Source: Chrysomallon squamiferum (taxonomy: Eukaryota > Animalia > Mollusca). Taken from it: 64,000 nucleotides of DNA. The stretch covers positions 15,190,001 to 15,254,000 of the forward strand of contig CM022672.1 of NCBI GenBank assembly GCA_012295275.1. The letters are read 5' to 3'. The notes under the pieces are model-generated. The model was given only the letters and a program-made list of their open reading frames with translations. It was not told the origin of the DNA and searched no databases. Shown in pieces: positions 37,401-51,304 of the stretch (positions are counted from its first letter, which is position 1; each line of letters begins with the position of its first letter). Made by a program: the position numbers and the translations under genes.

Positions 37401-40400
37401 TATTAAAATGATTTGAACAGTTAAAAAATATATAACCAACTATTTTGTATTTTTAATATTTCTTTTAATCAATTACTATAAAACAGCAGTATAATTTAAA
37501 ATAAATTTCTAATTTTCTGTTTATTTTCTGTCTTGTATGTTTAAGGAAAAATACCATCTCATAATACATCATACCTTTCACCTAAGCAGTTTAAGTAATT
37601 AATATTCTTAATAAAGATAAGTTAAGCCATCAAAGTCAGACCAAATTGTAAAATACTTACTCAAATTTGAGATTTATGAAAACTTCTGTTCTATTCAGTT
37701 TAAATCTTTCAAAAACTTATTTAGAAAAAACCCACAAAAAACAAATGAAAAAACCCACAAAAAACAAGCAAACAATAAGGTGTAACAATAATTAATCTTT
37801 TATCTAGAATGAAAATTAACATGTATGGAAAACATTAAAAAAAGAATTGTTCTTATGCTTTATTTATTGTAACACATAATTAAAAAATTGTTAAGAAAAA
37901 CATTTATTAAGAAAACAATAAAACACTATTGTTAAATCTTGAATGCTGAAAACAATGATTTTTAATTATAAACGTTTTACTCTTTACAGCATAAAATTAG
38001 TGTTTCAAAAGACATACATTTCATGGCAATAATGAAAAACATTGAAAATAACATCTATGAATATAATATCTACTAGGTACCAGCAGCCTAATTTTTAGTA
38101 AAGTATTTTTATATAATATGCAAGAAAATAAGTATAAAATGAAAATTGTGGAAAAAACAGCAACAAAACAAATACAAAATTGATTCAAAAGATATATGCA
38201 AATCAGTCCCACAGGTAATAAGTCCATTTTCTACCACATTTTGGCAAAGAGAAGAAAACTTCAATTGGCTACTGTAGTTTGAAAAATAAATGTAAAAAAA
38301 AGTAAAAGACTTACAATTAACAAGAGTGCTGAGGCCAGCTTGTTAAATGAACATAATGTTTTTGCAGAGTTATAAATTTATCTGTATGTTCACAATAAGC
38401 CATATTTATTCAGAACAGAATGAAGATGGTTAAGATACAGGGGTCCATTTAAAAAAATAAATAAATAATAATAATAATAATAATAATATATTTACACAAA
38501 TAGCTTGATTTCACTCTAAGTATATTTAATAATTAGTGGTTGTCAGTTAAAAAAAAATACTGAGGTGTGTGTGTGTGTGTATAAATTTTACTTAAATTTT
38601 CTTAGCTTTGTACTTGTGATTTGACTGCAAACAAAAGCTACTTATCATCTAACCACTGTTTATATTTTCTCTGATGCAGGTAATCGACATATTACTTTCA
38701 AATGCTGAGCTTTTGTACGCCATACTGTAGTGATGCATACTGTTTGAAAGGGTAATTGAATCGGCTTTCATTTGATTATGATTTTATAGAATTTCTTTTC
38801 AACCAAATTTAAAAAAATGTTCCACCATGTTTAACACTCATACAATAGATTGATGAAAAACACATCAAAAACAATGATACCATTTAAAAGAACACATAAT
38901 GATTTTTATTTCTAAGTATTTGTGGGTTTTTTTTCTCTGTTTTACGAAGTGATTTGGGAGTGGAGGAAAATGTAAAAAAATCTGCACTTTCCAGTCATGT
39001 ACTAATGTGCTAATTAGGCTGCGGGTACTTACATCAACTTACATTAAACTGTGTTTGTAATGAGAATCTTGCTGACAGAAAACAGGAAAGTTTTAAATTA
39101 CAAACCTCTTCCTTTTCTTCTTCTTTATCACTGGATTCCATAGTGGTTTCCTCTGTTGTGTTTGTTCCATTCATCTGTACTGGTTCTGGGGTGACTGCCG
39201 CCTGCAAACTGGCAAGCTTAGCTGAAATTCAAAATTCAGAAAGTTTAAATGTTATTTGTATTTTCAAGCAAAGCATATAACAGAAACAAAGAACAAAAAA
39301 TTCTCACCAAACAGCAATAATATGTATATATAACATGTAATGTATATCCAAAACATATAAATACAAGTAAACAAAATAAGGATCAAAATTTGTAAGTAGT
39401 ACGATCGTTTCCATTTGAGACAGTAAAAACTAACATGTTATGAAATGGTGACTCTATTAATAGAAAGAAAATATTTTTAAATAAAGACTAAAATCAGAAA
39501 AGGAAAAAGGAAACCAGTAAAACTTAATATGTAGCATACACACCTTCCCAGTCAACCAAAACTTTAGGTTTGTCCCAGGTAGATTCCATAGTTTTAGAAT
39601 TGTAGTAGTAGCTTCGTCCATCTGTGTTTTTGTGTTCAGACCATTCAGCAACCTCTGGAGGTTTGGGGGGCATCTAAAAACAAAGCAATGATGAAATAAA
39701 ATTTGAAAATTAGAATGCACTACAACCTTGGCAAAGATAAAGAATAGTCATTCAGATCATTTTTATTACATTCTTTGACCAGTGGAAACTCCATTATTTC
39801 ATTTACTTTATATTAGAAGACATTTCTGGTTCACAACAGTCAAAAGGTTAATAAAGCATGCTAAAAATTTGAACAGAGAATCTATTTTAATTATTATATT
39901 ATAAAGTCACAGAAATTGTTTATTTTAAAAGAAGACTTAAGTATCTACATATAAATAAATGACCCATTCTTCTGCATAATTTGTTCTCATTTATTTCTGT
40001 AAATTGGTTATTCATTATTTTTAAATCCGGTTTTAGTTTACAAATATTTTATTGTTTAACTATTTGAACTTCATGTCTTTGTTTTCAGGTACAGTCATGA
40101 AGTATGCTCCATCAAACCAAGGCTGCATTGGCAGTGACATTATTAGCTATTATTGAGAAAAACACTTCTTGTGCAGTTAAGCCACATGTACCAGTATTGA
40201 CTCGTGTCTGCATTTCCTGCTTTTAATATAAAAAGAGCAAGAGTCCAAAGGGGTTAATATACAATATTATATGTTTACAAAAAATAAAATAAAATGAACA
40301 CAATCTACAATTCTAGCAGCTTCATACTTCAATATAATAAAGACAGTTGTACAAGATAAAAAACAATGTCATAATACTGTTACTATAATAATTCAGTTTA

Positions 40401-43400
40401 ACTAACTAACCTGAATAGTGGGTGGTTTTTGTAAAGACACAGCAGACTCTCCACTCATGTCTGAGGGAGAATTCTGAGCTACAATCTGCTGGGCTGTTGG
40501 CTGGGCCATGCCCATACCAAAACCAGGTGGCATCCCTCCAAGAGTATAAGCTGCAGCAGGAACTGATATAAAAATACATTTTTAAGTTTCTTTATACAAA
40601 AACATTGATTTTTTACATACATAATAAAATAATGCTAACATTTTTAAAAGTCAACAGGAATACTGTTATTACTGATCATAATATGAAATGAAAATTAAAA
40701 AATGTGTGGTTTAATTTATTGTAAGTTATTATATGACACAACTAACAAAAAGAGCTACTAAAAATAGACAAAGTACAAATACGGTTGGCCTTTAAGTGTA
40801 CATATGACACTGAATATGTGTTTCAGGAAGTGTGAAGTCACATATTTTCCTACTTCTGATATATATATAAAAAATGCCTACAGTAATATGACAGTGTTTA
40901 GAGATCCATGTTTTGTTGCCAATTTATGACTGATGTCACCAGTATTTTTTCAAAATGTCTGGCTTTATGCATTTCCATGGACTGATATAATTATTCTTTA
41001 TTATCAACGAAGATTACTGTAATATTAATGAAACAATCTTATGGAAAAATATACAAAGGATTAAACCATTTATTCCTGGCATCATGGTACACTTTAATAA
41101 AAAAATGTGTTTAAATAAAATTATTTAAAATTAACAAGACATGAATTAAAGCCTCAACAAAATATTACTTTCCAATCTAAATGTAGGAGCAGAAAAAAAA
41201 AAAAAAATCTCAAAAAAAAAACTCAACGCTAATTTAAAATTCATACAATAAAAAGACAAAGAATGCATTGTTAAAATATCCATTGACATTTATTATTAAT
41301 GATTCCCACTGCCCTCTCCCCCCCCAGTAAAAAAAACAGTTGTGACAGATACCTGCACTCTGTATTTGTGATGGGTCTGCAGCTGTCTGCTGGTTTGTAG
41401 CCTGGGCTAAAATAGGGAAATATACAAAACATCACAAAAATGTTTAACAGCTTGCCACAAATATTACTTAGAAGGAATTTGGGCGTATCAACAGGGATGT
41501 CCTTTATAACGAATTATATAATTCAAAATAAAACCAATTTTGAACTGCAGTTTTTTTAAAAATGAACTGGACTAAAAGAAAAGAAAAAAAGCAGAATACC
41601 CCACCTATAATTACCAAAAAAAAAAAAAAGAAAAAAAAAAAGGCCAACCTGACAAATAAAATAAACAAACATTAGCAATTCATTATAAATTAAAAAATAT
41701 ATACACCTATATCATTACAAGAATTTGTTCTTTAGACATCAGCAAATCAGATATACAAATAATAAAATGTCTAATGGCTTCATATATAATTTGAACAATT
41801 TATTTAAATTTAAACACACCTTGTGCCACTGCTGCCTGTGCAGCTGTTGTTGGCCCAGCTGTTGTGGTTGCAATGCCGGTAGCTGCTTGGGCTGCCATGG
41901 CTTCTACTTCTGACTGAGTCATAATTTTAGCATTCTCTGGTTTACTCCAGGCTGACTCTCTTGTCCGTGCATTGTAATAGTAAACCTGAAAATATTAGTC
42001 AATACTGAAAAATCAGACCTGAGAGAGAAAAAAAAGTTACCCTAAAACTACACCTGTTCCAAAAATCCCAGAATCCTAGTTAAAAACATAATAAATAAGA
42101 TCAAAACTGTCAGTTTACATTTAAAAAAACTGAAAGAAGAAGAAATAAAAAAACAGGTTATTAAGGTTATAAACACAAAATGTATTAAGATAGAAGCAAA
42201 AAGTGTTACTGAAAAGATTTCACTCATACCTCCTAACAATATTTGTATATAAAATACATTTATTACTGCAAATGTTTATTTAATGTGAACTAATTTTACA
42301 ATTAAAGGTTGAACATAACAAATTAATTTCATACCGTTTCCAAAATTCATGAAGAAACAGACCTAGCAGCACATGCCCTGCATGTCACAGGTTCCAACTG
42401 ATAAATTAGCATCCAGGAATTTTTTTATATTTCACTTCATGTATGATCATAATATAGAACAAATTTTACAAAGCAAGAAACTGACAAAAAGGGTGTACGC
42501 TACTGGGAAGAAGAAATAAAACAAAACAACAACAACAAAAAAAAAAAAAAAAAAAAACCAAGTGCAGGTGAAACCATGCTTAAAACTGCAGTCTCTTATA
42601 TTTAAATGAATCTACTGCACTAACCTTGCCTTCTGCTGTCTTGGTCTCTACCCACAATTCTGGTTCTCCAGGACCGCCAGCTGCGCCAGGATTCTGCATG
42701 AAGCCTGGTGGTGGAATGGCAAAATTTGGTGGTGGCATTCCTGGTGGTGGCATATTTGGAGGTGGCATCATTGGAGGACGCTGAAATAATTAGTTATCAA
42801 AATTGTGAAGAAGAATGTTAAAGAAAAATACATGTAAATACTTTCAGCTTCTTACAGTAATGTAAAAATAAGAAAAGTATTTATCTAGACACTGAATCCA
42901 TAATCGTAGTATTTTTCTTTCCTTCTTGTTGACGTTTAAACACTAATACACATTAAGATATTATTTTCCAAAGAAAATAATATAAAAAGAGGTCTTATAA
43001 TATATAAAATGTTACATTATAGTTGTATGCTTTCTATTAAACTATACTCATCAATAATTTAATTACTCTTCAAGTCTAAAGTGGGAATATCTAAAACAAC
43101 TATTTCTTTTTCATTACCATTCCTGGAGGGGGAATTCCAGGAGGCATGCCTGGAGGTGGTGGCATTCCTTGTGGATGCTGATTTGACATTCCTGGAGGCA
43201 TTCCTTGGTTTGGTCCTGGTGGTCCATGCATCCCAGGATGGCCATAGTTTGGATCAAATAGTGGCCGACCAAAGGGAGGTCCTCTTGGTCCAGGGCCACC
43301 TCTCATACCAGGTGGTGGTGGACCTCGCATTCCTGGTCCAGGTAGCCCTCTCATGCCAGGACCAGGTGGTCCTCGATAACGAGGTGGTCCCCTGGGTCCT

Positions 43401-44616
43401 CCAAAAGGTGGTCCACCCCTTGAAAACATGCAACAAAGATGTATAAATTTTCCAACATAACGAAGTTGTTTTTTAATATACATACAAATTTAAAATACCA
43501 TTAATTATTTGTAACTGGTTATCTCAAAAGCCCCTCAAATTCCAGAAACGTTATAATTATTAAACCCAACAAATATTTAAAAAAAAATAAAAAGGTATAA
43601 GATTTGTTAGAAAAGACTAATTAAATTGAAAGCACTACAGGGTATAACAATTAATGGAAAAATGAAAATATAAAAACTAAATAAAATAATGTAAAGGGTT
43701 AAACAACTCACCAGTTAGTGTGATTAATTAATTAAAATTAGCAACTTGATTAACAATACTGTACAGCTTTAAAACTCATCAAAACCTTCATTTTGATATA
43801 TAATACATGTATAATGGATTAAAGCTATGGAGACATTCAGTGATTATGTTGCAATTGCAAAATGACGGAACCAATTCACAAGTTTCTCCATATATTATTA
43901 AGGAAATTATTTAAAAGTTTCGCAACTTTTCCATATCAGTGCTATAAAAGAGATCTTGATGTTATTTTAATATGCATTTTTTTGCTCTTTCTAAGGGAAA
44001 AAATGTTTTTGAAAAGTTTATCACATACAATGATACATAATGTGAAATAATAATAGAAGTAAAACTATAACCCTGTAAAGTGTAATACACTAAAGTATGA
44101 AATGAATAAACATTCATTTTACCATTCATTTCTAAATCTTGGTCCCCGTGGGCCAAAACCTCTTGGTCCGAATCCAGGGCCATGGGGAACTCTTGGACCT
44201 GGTCCACCTCCGTAATGATCGGATCCTGGGCCATAATGTTCGGGACCATTACCTGGTCCATAGTGTTCAGGACCACTTACATGACTGTAATGATCTGGAC
44301 CTGGTTCACCGCTGGGTCCAAACTGTCCTTCTGTCCCACTCTGACCATTGTAATGTTCACCAAAATTTCCTGGAACGCTTGGTACTGCCGGACCAGTGCT
44401 AGCAGGACTAAGAGAGCCACTAGTGGGGCCGACTGGCTGACCTGTTATTCCCATCGGAGCAATACTTCCCACTGTTCCTGGAACTGATCTCTCACTTACA
44501 GGACCAGGCCCATGGAATCTATTTATTTTGCTCTGGTCTGCATTTGGATCAGAATCATGTCCGTCGGACATTTCATTTTCCTCTTGAACCATTGGATTTT
44601 CTATTTCGTCTTCCAT
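22422..44616 (-). CDS. TCERG1: Transcription elongation regulator 1 (CA150), 3 WW plus FF repeats, 21 coding exons, ~1099 aa if the exon-13 frameshift is corrected
   Basis: Exons 5'->3': 44616-44123, 43418-43118, 42780-42625, 41985-41820, 41406-41353, 40562-40411, 39673-39544, 39221-39106, 36959-36868, 36649-36510, 36062-36005, 35452-35290, 34867-34661, 33965-33815, 27703-27536, 25944-25762, 25094-24915, 24555-24472, 23964-23864, 23708-23648, 22562-22422. WW1 [28 protein letters not shown]2 [28 protein letters not shown]3 [44 protein letters not shown]-terminus [15 protein letters not shown]. Summed length is 3298 nt, 2 short of 3300. Confidence 0.93.
29437..29556 (-). mobile_element. Decayed SINE remnant in TCERG1 intron 14
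   Basis: ACTATTTTCACTAGTTAACAGTGTGGGATCTTTTACATGTATC parallels CTACTCTTTCCAGTTAGCAACAAGGGTTTTGTTACATGCACC at ~59.74 kb. Confidence 0.4.
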
Positions 44617-45296
44617 TTTGTTTTTTCGGGGCACGCCAGCAATGGAGGTTATTATAAAATGCGAAATGATACTAAACAACGAAATGCAACTTCACCAACA
44701 TTTTAGCATTATGTTATTTAAAAATGTGATTATATTAAAGTTTTAGAAAAGCTAATTAATTTTAAAATATATTTTGGGTTTTCATTATTTTCTGCACCAC
44801 AAACGTCGACTATTATAAAAACTAATACAATTTTGAAAGAATTAATTATTTATGTTTCAGCCTTTCAGAAAGTCTATCTAAAACAATTCAACCAATAGAC
44901 GAGAAGAGTTCGATGGTGTTCGTTTTTGACGAACGTACTTACCAGTCTACTACTTTTAATTAAACTTTTAAGATCTGATTCCGACTCATTAGGATAATTA
45001 CATTTTAAGAATAATTATATCTAATTATTATATTTAAATAACACATAAAATTTAATAGTAAATTTGTTTTTTAACTTTGATAATAATAATAATAATAAAT
45101 AAGCAGCTTTCGTTCAGGACTGACACTGATATTGGTATACAAAACTATGAATGAAAATACTGTTAATAATTATTATAAATATACTTATACTTTGTATGAC
45201 GTTAGAGACTAAGCAGCTTTAAATACATGTATAATTGTGTAAAAACAAAACAACAAACAAACAAAAAAAAAGCAACTGCTGCTACCACTACTACTG

Positions 45297-46130
45297 TTAT
45301 TCTAATATTCATTCATGTTGGAGGATATAGTGATGTAAGCTATAATTTATGTTGTTGCCATCTGTTAAACCAAACCAACATTTTTTCTTTCACTGCATCT
45401 GCTAGTACATGTACATCGGTCTCCATCTCTCTGTCTCTTTTTGTCTCTGTCTCTACTTGCCTATGCGTCTCTTTATTTGTCTGTCTGCCTATCTGACGTC
45501 TACGCTTGTGTTTGTTTCTGTTTCTGTCTTTTTATCTGTACATCTGCCTTTCTATCTGCCTTCCACTTCGTCTGTTAGCCGATGTATATTCATTTATTTA
45601 TTTTTATTATTTTTATTTTTTTAGTTTTTTACTGTTGTTGCTATTGTTGTTGTTGTTTCATTTGGGGAATATTAGGCAGAGATACTGTTTTTGAACTGTA
45701 ATCTGTAAAGTAAAATAACTGAAAGATTAATGGTATATTTGACAGCTTCAAGGCCAAGGCTATTAAAATGCGGTCGTAAAAAACGGAGCACATGAACTAA
45801 AATTTTATTTATGACGGAGATAAATGTGAAATGAAATCAGGTTCACTGTCTGGGGAAAAAGTGGAAAAAAAAAAAAAAAACACCAGGAGAGAAAGTGAGA
45901 AGAAAAACAGAAAGGAAGAAAGCAAAAAAAAAAAAAAAAACCCACCAACAACAACGACAAAACCCCCATAACCCTCCCCCCCCCAAAAAAAAAAAAAGAA
46001 AGAAAACGAAAAACGATAATGCTGACAGGACAAATATAAAATATACTTAGGAAAGCAAAGTGCTACTATTTTTGTTATTGTTGTTACCACTATTACTACT
46101 ATCACCACCACCATCACCACAGCAACAACT
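45297..46130 (+). pseudogene. Orphan duplicated fragment of FRRS1: 3' part of coding exon 14 plus most of the following intron
   Basis: 45297-45339 matches 61411-61453 at 40/43 nt (ILIFIHVGGYSD|gtaag vs ILIFIHVEGYSD|gtaag). Colinear intron similarity continues (CT-rich tract, TGAAATGAAA..TTCACTG.CTGGGGA, CAAATATAA, TTTTGTTATT..TTGTTAC) to ~46130 vs ~62040. No acceptor or flanking exons are present. Confidence 0.85.
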
Positions 46131-46542
46131 ACAGTGCTACAATTACTACAATTAACAGTAACAAGATTATTTAGGTCATAAAAAGCTGAACAATATTTCG
46201 TTTGTAGTAATCGATCGATTAAGATGGTATAATTTCCACATTTATAAAACCAGAATTTTCCACGGATCGGGATTATAAAAGCAGCAAAAAGAAGATGAAA
46301 TTGAAGAAGAATTCACTAGTTTATTACTCAGGAACTTTTTAAATGATTGTTATTAGAAATAAAAAATAAAAAAATTGAAAAAAGTAAAAATCTTCTATCG
46401 AGATCTGTATATCTATAGTAATTCCCCTCTCTGTTCTCTCGTTTTTGTGTCATCATTGATCAGTACGTTTCTGTGTGTCCGTATTTGTTTTATATCTGAT
46501 TGTGGTAAACAGTTTCTTTCTCAAACACCCGCTTTTAAACAC

Positions 46543-46544
<2 letters not shown>

Positions 46545-46614
<70 letters not shown>
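46545..46614. repeat. (CT)35 microsatellite, followed by a (TG)n run at ~46660-46712
   Basis: Directly visible. Confidence 0.95.
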
Positions 46615-46618
<4 letters not shown>

Positions 46619-46671
46619 CATACACAAACGCACTCTTTTATTTCTTGGTGTATCTATCTCTGTGTGTGTGT

Positions 46672-46710
<39 letters not shown>

Positions 46711-46904
46711 CGTATATGTATCCTTTTTCTCTATTGTTCTATTTCTTCTCTCCCTATCCATGTCAGACTTTATTTTTGGTATGTAGTATTAAATGTACCC
46801 TGACAACTAAGTGTGCCAGGCGATTGACTTATGTTAAATATAAAATACTTGGTCTTAGAACTCTGATACAAAGCTTTATCTTTCTTTTAACCTTGACATC
46901 ATTC

Positions 46905-47029
46905 TTTTTGTTTGTTTTATTGATAACTTTAGTAGGTATGTGTTTTTCACTTTTATCTTTTAAATGTTTTTTGTTTGTTTTATTGATAACTTTAGTTGGT
47001 GTGTATTTTTTTACTTTTATCTCTTAAAT
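46905..47029. repeat. Two-copy ~63-nt tandem direct repeat
   Basis: TTTTTGTTTGTTTTATTGATAACTTTAGT...ACTTTTATCT.TTAAAT starts at 46905 and at 46968. Confidence 0.85.
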
Positions 47030-47127
47030 TCAGGTCAGTGGTCCTAATTACTTTGACATAATTGTTGTAAATTATATTATGTGATGTAAGTGATACGATG
47101 CAATATGAAGTGATGTGATATGACATG

Positions 47128-47165
<38 letters not shown>

Positions 47166-48377
47166 TATAATGTAAGATGTGATACGTTGTATATATAATA
47201 TAATCTGATATAATATAAATAATATATGATACCCAAATATGTTACAGTACTTGATATGATTATATGATACCTGGCACCTTATACATGATACATGATTTGA
47301 TGTGATGTTATATGACCTCTTGTGATGCAGCGTGATAAGTAATATGATATAATGTTATATGACACTGTTATATAGTTACGATATGTTTACGTGCATTATT
47401 ATACTGTTTCCAAGAATTTAATAAATATTTAAAAATAATTAATTTTTAAAATCATGTTTCAAGATATAATTATCAAAATAGTAGCTTGATATAATAAAAT
47501 ATAATAAAATAAATAAATAAATAAATAAATAAATAAACAGAAAACGAAGAAAAAGAACAACAAACAATAATGATACCCAACAATAGCAAACACTTCAAAA
47601 CAATACCACCATCTACATACATACGCACATAAATTAAAACAACAAACAACCATACCAAATAATAATAATAATGATAAAAAAGAAATGGAGTGAAAGAGGG
47701 AAAAAGTAAGAATCAATGAAATAAAAGAAAGGAAAACTAAATCAACAGAATAAAAAAAAAAAATTGTAAATTTATAAAAATGTGTGGTTGATACTATTAT
47801 AATCTTACAAAATAATTACTTCAGTTTGTTATAGATTTATCGAGAATTTACAGATCTTTCCTATCGCCACTGAACAGTATTTACTGCAAAAAAAATAACA
47901 CCCAAGGATTAAAAAAGAATCAAACAAGACAAACAGGAAAAAAAAAAACCCAAACAGCGCAACCCCCCTCAAAAACCAACAATCAAAAATCAGTGAAAAC
48001 GTCATAGAATTACCGACCATTTACTGATGTTTATTTATTAAATTTTTAAGCTGTAGGATAAAATCCCACAATCTTTTTATGCCACTACGTCACTGGTAAG
48101 TAAATAGATATATTAGTCTTGTTATCGTTCTTGTTTCATACACACCTTTGTCACTGGCGGACTGACTGCGGTTACGCATCTAATTATCGTGTGTTCTGTT
48201 CTCAACTGTTACTAATTCGTTCTGTCTAGAAAACGAGTGTAAGTATTTTATATTCCTCTGTATAATTTCCCGTATTACTCAATATTTCTTTATTTATTTC
48301 CCTTTCTTTTTTCTTCTATATTGCTGTCTTTATTTTTTACTAACAAAAGAACAAATGTAACAAAATTGTATACGTAT

Positions 48378-48381
<4 letters not shown>

Positions 48382-48437
<56 letters not shown>
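48382..48437. repeat. (AG)n microsatellite
   Basis: Directly visible. Confidence 0.95.
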
Positions 48438-48439
<2 letters not shown>

Positions 48440-48908
48440 CATAGATGAATTTAATTTTACTGGTAGCTTAACATATAATGTTTATTTTTTATTAATGGAA
48501 ATTAATAATAATAATAATAAAAACAAATAATACTGAGTAATAATTGTAACTAAGTCGCATTTATTAAATTTATATTTTTTTTATTTATCTTTTCTTAATA
48601 CTACTACTAAATAAATAAAAACAATAAAAATAACGTTGGTGATACTAACATAACAAAAGAAAAATAGTTTATACCTATCTGTCTTGCTGCTTTTTCAGTT
48701 CGTTATTTTGTTGTGAAATTACTGCTCACATACAAGCGACGACAATCAACGTTGTTTGTTCTCATAAGACACCGACATAAATAAAACATACCGCTCACTT
48801 ACCCTTCTGTCCTCTTTTCTGATAAAACTGATAAACTAAGTGTGTTTTGAAAAATTATAGGAGATTTCTGACGGTCACCCATTCATGTCATAACTTTAAT
48901 TTCACACA

Positions 48909-48964
<56 letters not shown>

Positions 48965-49501
48965 AACACAGAGCGAGCAATATATACATAAAATAAAATA
49001 GAGTCAGAAACAAATTACAGAAAAATGTGTTGGACTAATTTACGAACACACTTATGAAATACAGTTATTAAACAAAATGATTAAACCATGATTATATACC
49101 AGAATATTTCCTATCTTTCCTAATGAAAAACATTAACATAAAATATCAAATTTTCAAAAAACATTAATTCCAAATTTTATATACTAGTATCAAAACATTA
49201 AAAAAAAGGATTGAAAAAAATAATAATAATAAAATAGACATTATGATGAGGACGGATAGAATTACAAAGTTTAATTATTCATATTTCCGCTACAAGTTCA
49301 AACACTAAAATATTATCTGTAATCGTCAAATTCCTCCGATTTGCCTTGGGCTGTTGGAGATAATCACGCTTTGTCAAACACACTCGTTTTCTGTCTATCG
49401 AAACAGTAGTTGGTGACCTTGAGGCTATACAAGCTCCCACGATTATTTCAAATCTTTACTTTGTAATAATGTGTGATTATACTTCCTTGTGATGACACAG
49501 T

Positions 49502-49537
<36 letters not shown>

Positions 49538-49728
49538 CTTTAAATTTTCCTTTCTTTATTTGATAGAATTTATTATTCATTTATATTTGATCTGCCAGTG
49601 TGGCTATTTTTCTGTCTTTACACCTACCTATCTACTTACCTCTCTCTCTCTCTCTCAATTATGTATCAAATGTCATGATATATATATTTATCTCATTTGA
49701 CTTTCTTCAATTTTCTTTCTTTCAGATA

Positions 49729-51273
49729 ATGGCACATTTCAGGATATTTGAGTTATTAATTGTACTTCTGCTGTGTCAAGGGAAACAACTAGTCACTGCT
49801 ACCAGTTACGGTGCGGCACCGAGATCGTGTACCAGCATGGACCCCTCATCTGGGCATTACAGTTTTCCGCAGTCCGAACCTTCTCCATACTCTGTTTTAG
49901 TCTCCAGGACAAATTATTCTGGAGGAATGGAGATCTATGGTGAGTAATTTATTTATTTATTTATTTTAAATAAAGCAAAAATCATTTTAAAAACGTGTAC
50001 CCTACAACTCACCCTAAAACAAGAGGAAGAAGACAAAATTATTCTCCAAACGAAATCCCAACAACAATATTTTTTTTGTTAAAAACACACAAAAAAAAAA
50101 TAACAACAATAGAAACAAAAACAAAAAACAACAAAAACAAAACAAAACTGTTGATATAATTTGAAGGTATTTTAAACTTAAATATTATCATATATTTCAT
50201 GATAACATTTTTTTCTCATTATGATAATAATAATAATTGTTGTTGTTGTTATTATTATTATTATTATTATTATCAAGGTCTTAATCTTCATTGTAATTGT
50301 TATTGCTTCGAATATATATAGTTTTTCGGGAGCTGTTTGTGTCTATAAGTATATCAGTATATCTATTTTTATATCTATTTCAGTGACATTAAAGACATCA
50401 AATCCAAGTGAACCGTTTAAAGGTTTCTTGGTTAAAGCTAGGAGAGCGGACCTCACAGAAAACACATCAGAAATTATTGGTGTTTTTACTCCTGTTGATA
50501 ACTGTAAAACAATGTGTGAGGTCGACACAGTAAGTCTAACATTTAATCCTTCATTTGAAACAGAAAGTTTTGCTTATTACTCGAAAAAACCAGCTTGTCT
50601 TCAAAATGTTAAGTAATTAATTTTGAATATTTTGAAACAGGCGATAGAAAGAAATTAATTTTTTTCTTTTTCAAGTTGCAGGATCCACAACGTCGAATAA
50701 ATTTTTTTTTTTTTTTTTTTTTTATTTTTATTTTTTTTGTTAACGACGATTAGTTGGTCAGTACCAACCCATCTTCTCGATAAAAACACAAGAAAACAAA
50801 TATTTGCTTTATATATTTTTATTTATTGGTTATTTATCATTAATTATATTAAATATTTTTAAGACAAGTTGGAAATTTTGAGAAATAAGAAGACTGTGTC
50901 CGAATCAAAGTTCAGCGGGAAACCAAATAAAGAATATTTCTCTCAGTAGATTAAAAGTAAATGTCAAATTTGATCTTGATGAACCTAGAACACGTAATGC
51001 CTGATTGTAAGACAGCCTTTATCATGTGATTTCCTAAACCAGTACAAGTAGAATTATGAAGAAGAAATTTTAGTTATCTAAGAAAACACGTCTGCGCTGT
51101 GTTAACTGCTGGTAGAAACAGGTATGCAATAAGTCGTTTAATTACCAGTATGACAGTATATCGATATTATACAACCAGGTGCCAGACAAAAGTGTTTGAA
51201 CTATTTGTACTGTGGGGTATTTAAATAGCGGTAGTGACAGTGAAGAAACTATAGTAAGAAATGTCTAACACTC

Positions 51274-51304
<31 letters not shown>

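Noticed and set aside
22422-44616. TCERG1 as a pseudogene
   Set aside because: Only one lesion; all 21 exons, splice sites and domain motifs are otherwise intact.
45400-48530. Many 60-140 aa hydrophobic or repetitive ORFs (also at 57460, 58754, 61056-62388)
   Set aside because: Translations of microsatellites and poly-T/A tracts.
49590-49610. Iron-responsive element (CAGTGT) near the ferric reductase start
   Set aside because: No 5-bp upper stem with a bulged C, and the site is intronic.
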